Part shown: positions 1-10,291 of the stretch, piece by piece
Layout: every line of letters begins with the position of its first letter
How positions within the stretch are numbered: the stretch's first letter is position 1
NCBI GenBank assembly: GCA_965205425.1
Contig: CBDBGZ010000005.1
Coordinates: 128,001 to 192,000 of the forward strand
Reading direction: 5' to 3'
Length of the DNA stretch: 64,000 bases
From: Nitrosopumilus sp.
GTDB lineage: Archaea > Thermoproteota > Nitrososphaeria > Nitrososphaerales > Nitrosopumilaceae
Made by a program: the position numbers and the translations under genes
Notes under the pieces: model-generated
What the model saw: the letters and a program-made list of their open reading frames with translations, nothing else
Database searches by the model: none
Told to the model about the DNA's origin: nothing

Positions 1-2
1 AA

Positions 3-260
3 ATGGAAGGATTGGATGTTGAAACAACTCCTCAAAAATCACTAATCACAGGATTTAATGGATTAATCTTAGGGTTCGCAAAAATGAATAACATTCAGGG
101 AATTGGGATGTATGGAGAATTAAACGAGCCTGAAATTCCACAATATAGATCAGCAATCAGCATAATCAAAACACTTGAAAAATTAACATATAGAAAATTA
201 GGAAATACAAGTCAATTGGAAATAATGGCCCAAGAAATTGAAAGAAAATTTAAGAATTAA
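3..260 (+). CDS. PAC2 (proteasome assembly chaperone) family protein, C-terminal part
   Basis: ITGFNGLILG...GIGMYGE...P resembles the PAC2 C-terminus; 5' end probably outside the window. Confidence 0.65.
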   Translation: MEGLDVETTPQKSLITGFNGLILGFAKMNNIQGIGMYGELNEPEIPQYRSAISIIKTLEKLTYRKLGNTSQLEIMAQEIERKFKN

Positions 261-397
261 TTTTTATGAGTTGTTCCAACTTCGTGGGGTTCAGTGTTCT
301 CATCATGACAATCACAACCACAAAGATGAGTCTTATGATTATTCATACAATCAATGCATTCAAAATGTTTTCTCGTCTCACAAGCTGCACAAATCAT
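257..397 (-). CDS. Cys/His-rich 46-aa microprotein (putative metal binding)
   Basis: Manual translation MICAACETRKHFECIDCMNNHKTHLCGCDCHDENTEPHEVGTTHKN; not in ORF track. Confidence 0.65.
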   Translation of the reverse strand: MICAACETRKHFECIDCMNNHKTHLCGCDCHDENTEPHEVGTTHKN

Positions 398-448
398 CTT
401 AAAAATACTAAACAGTAGAAGGATTTGAATTTTTTCTCCAAATTAGCC

Positions 449-1108
449 CTAATATTCCACTTCACTTCGTTCAAGTAGACTGTCAGTCAAATCCACATAT
501 CCTTGAGGATCAAGTTCTTTGGCAAATCCTTTGTCAATATTTATCAAATATATTGAATGAAGATGAGCATTAAGAATATCATCATATTTGATTGGAGGGT
601 TTTTGTAGTAACGATCACATAGATCTTTAATTTTTTGTACATCTTCTTTTTTACGTGCATTTGGAGGTAAGAGAAATATTTTAGAAATAGGTAAGATTCC
701 AACCACAGGAGTAGCCAAAGAAAATTTTGAACAATGCTTACTATATCGGGCAATCTTACTCATGATTCTTGCAGAGAAATAGTCAATCGTATCCATTGCA
801 TGTTCTGGAGGAGTAAAACCTGTTTCAATTTCAATAATTGTGTTACCGCCTCCTTTTTTTGCATAAAGATCACATGCTAGAATATCAGATACATCTTTTT
901 CAACTTCAACATAATATCCTCTTGAAATCAAACTGCTTGCACAGATTAATTCCAAAATAGAATGATTGATTTTAACTAAATTTTTTTTATACATTTCAAT
1001 TAAGTGATTTCTAACAGAGGTTAGTTTAGGCACATCATTTTCTTTAAGATTCTCAGAGAGTTTGTCAGTCATTTGATAAACATCATCTCGGAATTTTTCT
1101 ATATCCAT
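449..1108 (-). CDS. Hypothetical protein with PD-(D/E)XK-like motif
   Basis: 219-aa ORF; VEVE...CDLYA...IIEIETG resembles a restriction-endonuclease-like core. Confidence 0.6.
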   Translation of the reverse strand: MDIEKFRDDVYQMTDKLSENLKENDVPKLTSVRNHLIEMYKKNLVKINHSILELICASSLISRGYYVEVEKDVSDILACDLYAKKGGGNTIIEIETGFTPPEHAMDTIDYFSARIMSKIARYSKHCSKFSLATPVVGILPISKIFLLPPNARKKEDVQKIKDLCDRYYKNPPIKYDDILNAHLHSIYLINIDKGFAKELDPQGYVDLTDSLLERSEVEY

Positions 1109-1267
1109 GATTTAAGATAGGATGATTCTAGGGGTTTAAGAAGTAGTAGGGTGGGAAACAGGGCAATCTTGAGGCGATAACAAATCAAAATTGACTCAAT
1201 TAAAATTGAAAAATAGCGAATTTTTATTCATACTTTATCTTAACTGCAAAAATCAAAAGAATCACAC

Positions 1268-2173
1268 ATGTATAGAAACAAGGCTACAATTATAGGATTA
1301 TTTTCATTTTTGACGTTATTTTCATTCATTCCAACTGCTCAAGCAGAACTTTGGGAATTCATAGTCGAATTAAACATAGAGCAAGTAGTAATCCAATCAG
1401 GCGATACAGTGGTCATTACTGGCAAAGTAGTTGATCATGCTTACAAAGCAACCAGAGGGGTAGAAGTTTTAATCAGAACTGGTGCAGACACAACTAAAGC
1501 ATTCACAAATCCTGAAGGGACATTTAGAGCAGAATTCAAAGATTTCCAAAGAGTCCCAGGAACTTATACCGTTAATGCGGTGGCATCATGGTATGGGATG
1601 ACAGGTTTGACAAGTACTCAATTTCAAGTAGAAGGAGATAGTTCGCCAATTTCATTACTACAACAAAAATTATCCACAGATGAAGCAATAAAATATCTAA
1701 GTGCAGATGAAAGTGATTTTGAAAAAAATCCCATTGGTCAAACTTTATTCAAATATTACCATGGATTACATGATGAATTAATCATTGAAAAGAAAGAAGC
1801 ACAAGAACCTAATGAAGAGCAATTATTTGTTGAGCAGCAGAGGAAAATTGCAGAAGATATAAAAAAACAAACAATGGAGTTTTACAAGCCCAGTGCTGGA
1901 ATATATGATGGTTATCAATATGAGGATTATATCAGAAGTTTGAATCCAGAAATACAGGATATTGTAAAAGAACAATTAAACTTTACAAAGAATAGTTTCA
2001 TCAAGGCTCAAATTCTTAGAGATGAGATTATTGCAAATGGTGGAACATTTGAAGAAGCAAGACAAGCATATCTTGAATCGATATCAATGCCAAAAGAAAC
2101 AATTGAACAATTTAATGAAAAACACTTAGATGAAACCCCAGAAGTTTCAGAAGAAGAAGTTTCAGAAGAATGA
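1268..2173 (+). CDS. Secreted hypothetical protein (signal peptide, Ig-like beta-rich N-domain)
   Basis: Hydrophobic N-terminus ending AQA; beta-rich segment VITGKV...GTYTVNA. Confidence 0.7.
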   Translation: MYRNKATIIGLFSFLTLFSFIPTAQAELWEFIVELNIEQVVIQSGDTVVITGKVVDHAYKATRGVEVLIRTGADTTKAFTNPEGTFRAEFKDFQRVPGTYTVNAVASWYGMTGLTSTQFQVEGDSSPISLLQQKLSTDEAIKYLSADESDFEKNPIGQTLFKYYHGLHDELIIEKKEAQEPNEEQLFVEQQRKIAEDIKKQTMEFYKPSAGIYDGYQYEDYIRSLNPEIQDIVKEQLNFTKNSFIKAQILRDEIIANGGTFEEARQAYLESISMPKETIEQFNEKHLDETPEVSEEEVSEE

Positions 2174-2227
2174 ACGATTGATAAATTCTACGCGGACCTT
2201 ATATTCAAAATCACACATTAAGAATTA

Positions 2228-2395
2228 ATGCAAATAGACATCCCACTACCATGTCCTAAATGTGGCGGAAAAATGTATTCTGTCTCATATGAGTCATCAT
2301 TCTCAATCCTCAAAAAAAGAAGCTGGCAAGCATGTAAAGAATGCAGTTTTGAGAGGAATTCTGAAGAATTCAAAAAAACTATCTGCTGTGCATAA
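2228..2395 (+). CDS. Zinc-ribbon microprotein (55 aa)
   Basis: Manual translation MQIDIPLPCPKCGG...CKECSF...TICCA; TATA-like cttatatt ~30 nt upstream. Confidence 0.75.
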   Translation: MQIDIPLPCPKCGGKMYSVSYESSFSILKKRSWQACKECSFERNSEEFKKTICCA

Positions 2396-2449
2396 CAGGG
2401 TTTGTAATTGTTATAAACAATTTTTAATCTAAAAAATAGGTAAAATTAG

Positions 2450-2785
2450 ATGAAAATATTTCATAAACCCACATGTATTACGTGTAAAAAAACAATTTCA
2501 GAAATTGAACGAATTAGTGCAGATATTGAGAAAAGAGACTTTTTCAAAGAACCATTTTCAGAGGCAGAATTAAAGAAAATTGTGAAATTAACAGGAAAAA
2601 AACCATCTGAGCTTCTTAGAAAAAGAGACAAAATGTTCAAAGAATTAGATTTAGAAAATAAGAAAAAAACAGATACTCAGATTATCAAATTAATGGTAAA
2701 ATACCCAGGATTGATTTTACGTCCAATCATAATTATCAAAAATAAAGCATATGTAGGAAAAGTAGATGTAAAAAATCTAAAGTAA
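2450..2785 (+). CDS. ArsC/Spx family thioredoxin-fold protein
   Basis: N-terminal CITC, late LILRPII motif. Confidence 0.85.
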   Translation: MKIFHKPTCITCKKTISEIERISADIEKRDFFKEPFSEAELKKIVKLTGKKPSELLRKRDKMFKELDLENKKKTDTQIIKLMVKYPGLILRPIIIIKNKAYVGKVDVKNLK

Positions 2786-2786
2786 A

Positions 2787-3032
2787 TTAGTTAGAATTAT
2801 CTTCTTTGAATATCCTAATTGCTTCTAAATGGGAACAATTTGCCTTGAGACCTTTACCGTGATGGAATTTATAGAAATTTTTGAATCCAGGACATTCACA
2901 AGTATCAGATGTCACAAAATAAGATTTTTCAGGATCTGAAGATGATTTTATTTGAAATAAATCATCTTCAATTTTCACCACTCCTCCGCTTTCAACTAGT
3001 TTCTTTGCTTTTCTAATTGTATTAGCACTCAT
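2787..3032 (-). CDS. SWIM zinc-finger small protein
   Basis: CECPGF...CSH (CxCxnCxH). Confidence 0.8.
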   Translation of the reverse strand: MSANTIRKAKKLVESGGVVKIEDDLFQIKSSSDPEKSYFVTSDTCECPGFKNFYKFHHGKGLKANCSHLEAIRIFKEDNSN

Positions 3033-3183
3033 ACAAAATCAAGAATCATTCAAGTTTTATTTGTTATTTTTCACATATTCATAAAATGTTTAAATTATAT
3101 GATCGCGTATCAGATATTGACGAGAGACTTGTTTTTCTGCATTAGTAAAGCCTAGAATTCGTTTCACTCTCGTCTTTTAGAAA

Positions 3184-3381
3184 TTATATTATATTTTGAA
3201 CTCTTCCTATTTTTCCAGAATCCAATTCTACTTTGATGCCATGAGGATGTGAAGGGCTGGAAGTTAAAATTCGTTTTACCTTTCCAACCGTCAGATTACC
3301 TAAACGTTGATCTTGCTTTTGAATAACAGATACCATTATTCCAACAGTTATTTGATTTCTTAAAGGGATATTCAATAACAC
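3184..3381 (-). CDS. YwbE/DUF2196 family protein
   Basis: QKQDQR.G.LT.G.V..ILT.S..HPHGIKVEL..G.IGRVQ signature. Confidence 0.85.
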   Translation of the reverse strand: MLLNIPLRNQITVGIMVSVIQKQDQRLGNLTVGKVKRILTSSPSHPHGIKVELDSGKIGRVQNII

Positions 3382-3455
3382 ACAACAAAGACACGAGATT
3401 CTAAATCTTTAGATTATAAAATAAAGAAGTTTTGAAAATTACTCAAAACGGTTTT

Positions 3456-3800
3456 CTAATTTTGTTTGTGGTTTTGGAAGCATTCTCTGCAATAAACAGG
3501 TCTGTCTTCTTTTGGTTTGAATGGTACTTGGCAATCATTTCCACAGTCACCACATTTTGCGTCATGCATTTCACGTGGTCTGTCATCTCTTCTACCAAAT
3601 CTAGAGCCTCTGTCGCCACCAAATCCACCAGATCTTCCACCAAATCTACCGCCACCTTGTCTTGGTGCGGGTTTATGGTTTTGGAAGCATTCTCTGCAAT
3701 AAACAGGTCTGTCTTCTTTTGGTTTGAATGGTACTTGACATTCATTTCCACAGTCACCACATGTTGTGGTATGCATTTCTCTTTCTCTATCAAAGGACAT
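3456..3800 (-). CDS. Tandem CxxC-x17-CxxC domain protein with RGG-rich linker
   Basis: Two near-identical CGDCG..CQVPFKP.EDRPVYCRECF repeats. Confidence 0.9.
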   Translation of the reverse strand: MSFDREREMHTTTCGDCGNECQVPFKPKEDRPVYCRECFQNHKPAPRQGGGRFGGRSGGFGGDRGSRFGRRDDRPREMHDAKCGDCGNDCQVPFKPKEDRPVYCRECFQNHKQN

Positions 3801-3894
3801 GTCTTTCAAAATCTTGGTATTATACTGCAGTAATAAACTGTGGGAAAAAACATCTATTGTTATAAACTAATTCCATTCCTTGAGATTATTGAGC

Positions 3895-4944
3895 ATGAAA
3901 AAGTATGTTGCCACCAGAGCAGTGACAATGTTTGCAGTTTTGATGATTACTTTGTTGATTACAATTGCACTTGTAGGTTCCAATATGGATACTATTCTAA
4001 AGCAAGGAATAGTGTTTCAGGTAAGATCAGAAATTACAGAAAATCCTGCAATTGCTGAAAGTTTCTCATCAGTAGATGAATTTGAATCATTTATTCAAAC
4101 TCAGATTGACCAAAAAATTCAAATTTTAGGCTTAGATGAACCATGGTATTCGCCTCAAAGAATAGGGGTGACAATGTATAAGATAATGCTATTAGATTTT
4201 GGACATGCGACATTTCTTACAAGTGATGAAGGTTCATCAGATGTCAAAGACATCCTTTTTGAAAAACTTCCAAGAACGGTCTTACTATTCACAACTGCAA
4301 CTATAATCATATCCATTATGGGGATTTTTCTAGGAGCTTTGGCCAGTAGTAAGGTGGGATCAATAATGGACAGAATTACATCGAGTTTTGCCATAATTAG
4401 TTCTAGTTTTCCTGTTTGGTGGATAGGAATGTTAATGATATTTCTATTTGCATTTACGTGGCAAATTTTTCCTGCAAGAGCAACCCCAGATATCCCATCA
4501 TCAGACCCAGGATATATCGCGGCACTGCTATACCACATGGCGTTACCACTAATCACAATTGTAATGATTGGTTTTGGATCATGGGCATATTTAGTAAGAA
4601 ATTTCATGGTGGGAATCATGCAAGAAGATTTCATCATGGCAAAAAAAACAATTGGAATCAAACAAAATAAGATCATATACACTCATGCATTAAAAAATGC
4701 GGCACCACCCATTGTTACTATTTTGGCACTTAGTTTATCAGGGTCTCTAGGAGGAGCAATAATTACAGAAGCAGTTTTTGATTGGCCTGGAATGGGACGG
4801 TTATACTTTGAAGCAATTACAGTGATGGATCTCCCTGTAATTATCGGAGCAACGTATCTACTTACAGTATTTTTCCTAATCAGCATATTCATAGCAGATT
4901 TACTTTATGGTTATTTTGACCCCAGAGTGAGAACAGGTCAATGA
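3895..4944 (+). CDS. Peptide/nickel ABC transporter permease (DppB/OppB-like)
   Basis: TM helices; HALKNA, GAIITEAVFDWPGMG. Confidence 0.9.
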   Translation: MKKYVATRAVTMFAVLMITLLITIALVGSNMDTILKQGIVFQVRSEITENPAIAESFSSVDEFESFIQTQIDQKIQILGLDEPWYSPQRIGVTMYKIMLLDFGHATFLTSDEGSSDVKDILFEKLPRTVLLFTTATIIISIMGIFLGALASSKVGSIMDRITSSFAIISSSFPVWWIGMLMIFLFAFTWQIFPARATPDIPSSDPGYIAALLYHMALPLITIVMIGFGSWAYLVRNFMVGIMQEDFIMAKKTIGIKQNKIIYTHALKNAAPPIVTILALSLSGSLGGAIITEAVFDWPGMGRLYFEAITVMDLPVIIGATYLLTVFFLISIFIADLLYGYFDPRVRTGQ

Positions 4945-6308
4945 GCGGAATTACACCTCAAGAAATTAAACAAGAATTTCTTAGAAGTAAGATGGGAATT
5001 GCAGGAATTGCCATTCTAACAATTCTTGTCGTAACATCGATAATAGCAATTATCGCCATTCCAGTTGAAACATTTCAAGAATGGAATAACCCAGGGAATT
5101 GGATTTCAAACCCAAAACTAGCAATTCCAATTTGGGTGAACATATTCATGACAGATAAAATTCCCGAACATAAGATTCTGAAGAATCCCAACATAGAAAA
5201 GATTTCAGATGAAGAGGTGGAATTGATATCACATCAATTTGGTTTAAATTTTGATTACGATGATTTTCCAAATGATTTCATATACGAGTTTTCATCAGAA
5301 TATTCTGGCTCACCATTATTACAAATATCAGTAATTAGGCCAGATGGGATCAAACTAGAATTATTATCCTCATCACTTCCATATTCTAATGAAAAAACAA
5401 TTCATAGTGAAAGGATTTTTTCAACAGATGATGCAATTAAGAAAAATTTATCATTACAATCAGAAAAATTTGAATTTACATTTCAAAGATTATCTGCTGA
5501 AGATATTGTTTTTTCAAAAATTGAGTCTAATGAATCATTAAAAGGGAATTATATTTTTTCTATTGATTTGTATGGAGTAAACTCTGAAAATCAAATTCAG
5601 CAATCAGAACTAATCATCGGCGGCAAAGCATTTGGCATCATGGGTACTGACGAATTAAGACGGGATTTAGCCATAGGATTACTATGGGGAACACCTCTAG
5701 CATTATTCATTGGACTAACTGTGTCAATCGCATCAGTAATTGCAGGGTTGCTTTATGGAGTATATGCAGGATACAAAGGCAAAAAAACAGATGAAACAAT
5801 GATGCGATTCAACGATGTCATCTATGCCTTACCAGCATTGCCATTTCTCATAATTCTTTCAGTGACAATTAGTAATAGCATATTTTTGGTGGTAGGGTTT
5901 TTGATGATTTTTGGGTGGGTAGGCATAGCCAAAGTGGCAAGAAGCATGTCACTTCAAATCAAAACCCGAGGCTATGTGGATGCTGCAAACATGATGGGGC
6001 AAAAAGATTCAAAAATTATTCTAAAACACATTGTTCCACAATTATTACCATACGCTTTTGCCAGCATTGCAATTTCAGTTCCAGCAGCAATTACTACAGA
6101 AGCTGGTCTTAGCTTTTTAGGATTAGGAGATCCATCATTTCCAACATGGGGTCAAATTTTACATGATGCAAATACATTTGGAGCAGCAGCTAGAGGCATG
6201 TGGTGGTGGATTATGCCACCTGGGGTAATGATTGCAATTACAGGTTTAGCCTTTGTGTTTATTGGAAATGCATTAGATGCAATAGTCAATCCAAAATTGA
6301 AAAGATGA
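4941..6308 (+). CDS. Peptide/nickel ABC transporter permease (DppC/OppC-like)
   Basis: GTDELRRDL, EAGLSFLGLGDP, PTWG; ATGA overlap with upstream gene. Confidence 0.9.
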   Translation: MSGITPQEIKQEFLRSKMGIAGIAILTILVVTSIIAIIAIPVETFQEWNNPGNWISNPKLAIPIWVNIFMTDKIPEHKILKNPNIEKISDEEVELISHQFGLNFDYDDFPNDFIYEFSSEYSGSPLLQISVIRPDGIKLELLSSSLPYSNEKTIHSERIFSTDDAIKKNLSLQSEKFEFTFQRLSAEDIVFSKIESNESLKGNYIFSIDLYGVNSENQIQQSELIIGGKAFGIMGTDELRRDLAIGLLWGTPLALFIGLTVSIASVIAGLLYGVYAGYKGKKTDETMMRFNDVIYALPALPFLIILSVTISNSIFLVVGFLMIFGWVGIAKVARSMSLQIKTRGYVDAANMMGQKDSKIILKHIVPQLLPYAFASIAISVPAAITTEAGLSFLGLGDPSFPTWGQILHDANTFGAAARGMWWWIMPPGVMIAITGLAFVFIGNALDAIVNPKLKR

Positions 6309-6313
6309 TAAAA

Positions 6314-6631
6314 TCAGAGATCAAATTTTCGAATTAATTCAATAGCACCATCATTTAGTTTTATTGAATAACATGCAGAGTTTTCATTATTAATTGCTGC
6401 CAAGTTGTTAGCAAATACTTTTTTGCTATGACCACCTTCAGATGCCTTATCTGATTCATCAAAACAAATTGACATTTGTTTCATGTTTTGATTATTTTTT
6501 AAAAGAAATGCTATGAACTTTTGATAATTATCAGTGTTAACCCAGTCTATATTTTTCTCTTTACTTATTCCAATCCATATTTCAATAGAGTTTTGATATA
6601 GAACTTTTTTTCTTAATTCTTCTAATGTCAT
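6314..6631 (-). CDS. Hypothetical protein
   Basis: 105-aa ORF. Confidence 0.65.
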   Translation of the reverse strand: MTLEELRKKVLYQNSIEIWIGISKEKNIDWVNTDNYQKFIAFLLKNNQNMKQMSICFDESDKASEGGHSKKVFANNLAAINNENSACYSIKLNDGAIELIRKFDL

Positions 6632-6641
6632 TTTTTATCAG

Positions 6642-6974
6642 CTAAAAATCTGCTCTTTGCATTTTTGAACCACAGCGAGGACAAGTACCACCTTTGTGTT
6701 TGTTGTTACAAACAAGACACACATACTTTACTCCACTAGAATTACCTTGTGAACCCATTCCGAAGAATCCGCCTCCGCCACTACCGGATCCGGAATCCCC
6801 ACCGTATCCGCGCATTTTATTCATGTATCGTTTTCTCATTAACATAGGTAATGCGATAAAGATTGCAAGTGCGGCTCCCAACCCATATGGAAATGGCAAC
6901 ACCATTTGTAATCCAATACTAATAGCTAGAGATGCGCCTAGAAACAAATAATACATTTTAAGCTGAGGATTCAA
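6642..6974 (-). CDS. Membrane protein with Gly-rich linker and C-terminal zinc ribbon
   Basis: Two TM segments, CLVC...CPRCG. Confidence 0.75.
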   Translation of the reverse strand: MNPQLKMYYLFLGASLAISIGLQMVLPFPYGLGAALAIFIALPMLMRKRYMNKMRGYGGDSGSGSGGGGFFGMGSQGNSSGVKYVCLVCNNKHKGGTCPRCGSKMQRADF

Positions 6975-7050
6975 TTCAATGAAAGTATCCTTAAAACGGA
7001 TATAAAGTTTATTCAGTTTTAGTTGGTCTGGTCAGCAGATTATTGTAAAA

Positions 7051-7449
7051 TTACTCAATAGAAAGCGGAATAGAATTTCCATTACTATCCCATGCAAATA
7101 TGGAATCATCATCATATGGGGATTTTACTATCATGGAAACTAACCCAAAGAAATTATGTAAATCAGTTACAGAAGGTTCTGCAGAACCACTAGGATGTGA
7201 ATGTACAATTCCCACATAACTCATGTCAAAAGGTAGAAACGAATGTGGAAATCCAGCAAATGTAGGTCCAGTTTCACTAAAAGGAGGAATTACCAGGCCA
7301 TTGATTTTAATCTCACCATTTTTTGATTTTCCTTTTAAAATTAGAATTCCCTCGTTTGGATGTTTCATTTGGCAAAATGATAAAATGCTATCAAGAACCT
7401 CTTTTTGAAGCAAAACTTTACGGTCAAAATTTTTCTTTTTGAATAACAT
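7051..7449 (-). CDS. JAB/MPN (Mov34) metalloprotease
   Basis: PNE...HSHPSG...PS.TD JAMM motif. Confidence 0.9.
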   Translation of the reverse strand: MLFKKKNFDRKVLLQKEVLDSILSFCQMKHPNEGILILKGKSKNGEIKINGLVIPPFSETGPTFAGFPHSFLPFDMSYVGIVHSHPSGSAEPSVTDLHNFFGLVSMIVKSPYDDDSIFAWDSNGNSIPLSIE

Positions 7450-7480
7450 AGAAAGTGTCTAGTTTAGAACTAATTTAATT

Positions 7481-8761
7481 TTAAGATGCCAATATTGCAT
7501 ATCGAGTACTAGAAAATTGTCTCAAGCTCTGTTCTATTTCAGAGACTATTTCAGGTATTTTAGAATCAGCTTCGTCTATCTCACCTTGAAAAGTCTCAGA
7601 TTTTAGTTGAGATTCATCCAATAATGATGTATTTTTAATAAGATCGTTTTCCAATGAAAGCAATTCTTTGGGAATTATAGAATTAAGATCGTTTTTTATC
7701 TCTTCATATTTTTTATGATAATTTGAAATTTGGTGTACAAATCCATCAATAGACTCTTCTGTTTCAGTTATCTGAGAAGATGTTTTTTCAATATCCTTTA
7801 CAGAAATAGAACCAGATGAAATTCCTTTTCGTATATTTTCAAGTATAGTAATAACAGAATCTTTGTGCTCAGAAGTCAACACATCAAAGGGTTCAGAGAC
7901 TAAAATAGATAAGATATTTTTTTGGTCTTTATCCAACGAAGAAGCATATTCATATCTACTTAGAGGACGAGAAATTTTTGTAAATTGTGTATTTATTTGA
8001 TTTTTAATTTTTAATTTTTCTTTGCTAAATTCATCCAAAGTATTTTTTAAGGTTAAATATTTTTTATAATTATCAGCAGATTTAATCTCATCAATATTAT
8101 TTTTAATTAAAGATATTTTTTCATTTAAGGCAGACATATTTTTGGATATTTCTGTAATTTTTTGTGACTTTTCACTACGTAGTTCTTTTTGGTTTTCGAT
8201 TTGATTTATGGCATCAAGTATTTCTTTAGAAAGAGAAGTAGTGGAATTATAATTTTTTAATAATTTTTGGATTTCAGAATGATTAGCATTCATCACTTCC
8301 AAATTGTCTTTTAATTGTGCAGCATATTTTTTAGCAAAAATATGAATTACTCTAGTTTGACGTCCCAAAACATCACCAACTTTTTTAAGAATTAGATTTA
8401 ACACTGAATTAAGTTTTTCAGCATCATCAAAAGAAGATATTTTTGGTAATGAAACAACATCTTTTTTGATCATGTCAATAACTTGTTTTTTACCTCGAAC
8501 TACAATAATTGCAAGATGTTTATCAATATCATCGATTTTAAGATCATCTTTCTCCAACACGTTACCAATTTTAATCAAATCACCAATTAGAGGTTCGGTG
8601 TTATTTCTCAAATCATTAATTTCAGAGAGAGTTTGATTTTTTCTCAATGTGGAAAGATCAGACACAATTTTAGGAACATCCACAAGAGAAATTTCTTTAT
8701 TTTGAGGGATTTCCTCAACAGATTCTTTATCTTGTTTCTTTTTACCCCATCCAAAGACCAT
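7481..8761 (-). CDS. Coiled-coil hypothetical protein
   Basis: 426-aa helical, heptad-rich ORF. Confidence 0.7.
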   Translation of the reverse strand: MVFGWGKKKQDKESVEEIPQNKEISLVDVPKIVSDLSTLRKNQTLSEINDLRNNTEPLIGDLIKIGNVLEKDDLKIDDIDKHLAIIVVRGKKQVIDMIKKDVVSLPKISSFDDAEKLNSVLNLILKKVGDVLGRQTRVIHIFAKKYAAQLKDNLEVMNANHSEIQKLLKNYNSTTSLSKEILDAINQIENQKELRSEKSQKITEISKNMSALNEKISLIKNNIDEIKSADNYKKYLTLKNTLDEFSKEKLKIKNQINTQFTKISRPLSRYEYASSLDKDQKNILSILVSEPFDVLTSEHKDSVITILENIRKGISSGSISVKDIEKTSSQITETEESIDGFVHQISNYHKKYEEIKNDLNSIIPKELLSLENDLIKNTSLLDESQLKSETFQGEIDEADSKIPEIVSEIEQSLRQFSSTRYAILAS

Positions 8762-8837
8762 TTGATATCATTCTCATCAAGGGATTTAAAATGATTGTCA
8801 ACTAAAATTTAAAATTCATCAAAATTTAGATGAAGAT

Positions 8838-9290
8838 ATGGTAAAGAAATCCTTTCACACAGGAACAGTGAAAAAAACAATCAAAATTAAAGTATCTAAA
8901 GATAAAGTTTGGAGAAAAATCAGCAATATTGCAGGATTGCCTACATGGGTGGTGGATGTTAAAGAAACAATTTATCTTTCAAAAAGAAAAAAGGATGTAG
9001 GAGCAGTCAGATTAATTACATTTGAGGATGGAAATCAAATTGAAGAGCATGTGGTTGCATGGAAAACAGGAGAATATTTCACCTATATTGCAACTGAAGG
9101 ATTACCATTAAGAGCATATGTTGCAACAATATCAATTAGAGCAAAATCAAGAAATTTAGTAGAACTAACATGGCAATCATATCTCAATAGTCAAAAAATG
9201 TCTGAAAAAGAATTCCTAGAATTTATTGTATTCATGGGGGCATTTTATGAGGCATCCTTAGAGAATCTCAAAATATCTCTTGAAAAGTAA
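8838..9290 (+). CDS. SRPBCC (START-like) family protein
   Basis: KVW..I......W...GAVR...L..LK pattern. Confidence 0.8.
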   Translation: MVKKSFHTGTVKKTIKIKVSKDKVWRKISNIAGLPTWVVDVKETIYLSKRKKDVGAVRLITFEDGNQIEEHVVAWKTGEYFTYIATEGLPLRAYVATISIRAKSRNLVELTWQSYLNSQKMSEKEFLEFIVFMGAFYEASLENLKISLEK

Positions 9291-9343
9291 TACTAGAAAA
9301 TAGTCAAATCAAAATGTAAATACGGTAAATTGAGAAAAAAATC

Positions 9344-9688
9344 ATGAGTGATATGAGATTCATCATTATTGGTATTGTGTTAATTTTTGTAGGGTTTATC
9401 ATCCTAGGAGGATTTGGAGGAAACTATCAAGCTGCCACTCTAGAATCAAATGAGTTTGGAACATGTTACGAATATTCAGATGATGTACCACCTGTAGAAA
9501 TTAACTGTTCATACAAGATCCTTGATCAAACTGTATTCTTTGCATTGGTTATAGGATTTATCAGTGCAGGAGTTATTTCTCTGATTAAAGGAACCAGAGG
9601 AGATTGGGATAACAAGATCAAACCAGAAGATAAGGTAGGTCCAGGAAACAATCAAAATGAAAATTCTGATGATTCCAAAAAAGACTAG
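9344..9688 (+). CDS. Two-TM hypothetical membrane protein
   Basis: Two hydrophobic segments around a Cys pair. Confidence 0.7.
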   Translation: MSDMRFIIIGIVLIFVGFIILGGFGGNYQAATLESNEFGTCYEYSDDVPPVEINCSYKILDQTVFFALVIGFISAGVISLIKGTRGDWDNKIKPEDKVGPGNNQNENSDDSKKD

Positions 9689-9690
9689 AT

Positions 9691-9771
9691 TTATTTTTTA
9701 GATTTTAATTTCTTATAATCTTCAGGGCTTTCTTCTGCTAATCTCTGATAATATACTTCTTCATAGGGCAT
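9691..9771 (-). CDS. 26-aa microprotein
   Basis: Manual translation MPYEEVYYQRLAEESPEDYKKLKSKK; TATA-like element upstream. Confidence 0.4.
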   Translation of the reverse strand: MPYEEVYYQRLAEESPEDYKKLKSKK

Positions 9772-9844
9772 GTTTCTTCAGTATTGTATTACAAAATTTG
9801 CATTTAAGCTTGAAGAACGAATTGTACTAGTCTAGGCAGAATAA

Positions 9845-10225
9845 TCAAGATTCAGATTCAATGATATTTTTCATGGAATTAAACATCTCACCAATCTCAG
9901 TCATTCTTGTGTCAAACTGTTCATCAGATAATTCATCCGGTTTATTCAAAGTGATGACAACTTCAGAAACATCCCCATGGGATACAACCCTCATTGGGAC
10001 ATCCCAAGAAGATTCTTCATCCACATATTGATGGTCTAAAATTCCCAAAGACTTGTTTTCATTAAATTTCAACATTGATTTTCCATGAGGGCCAGTAAAT
10101 GACCACCATCCAGAATCATTGATTTTTGCATCAGGCATCATTTTTGGAGGTACATTCAAGATTGCATCAAATGCATCACCAGTCTTCTTTTCCACAATAA
10201 TGGAAATAGTCCTTGATCTGACCAT
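9845..10225 (-). CDS. SRPBCC-like hypothetical protein
   Basis: GILDH...VPMRVV..G...EV pattern. Confidence 0.65.
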   Translation of the reverse strand: MVRSRTISIIVEKKTGDAFDAILNVPPKMMPDAKINDSGWWSFTGPHGKSMLKFNENKSLGILDHQYVDEESSWDVPMRVVSHGDVSEVVITLNKPDELSDEQFDTRMTEIGEMFNSMKNIIESES

Positions 10226-10291
10226 AGTATAGAATTCAAATAATGATTAAAAAGGATATAGTAGTAATCATAGGAATCTGTGCTACGACAC

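Noticed and set aside
3432..3833. Long overlapping ORFs (3432-3833 +, 3443-3793 -) and the internal DNA repeat
   Set aside because: Shadows of the duplicated CxxC-x17-CxxC gene; the repeat is a coding domain duplication
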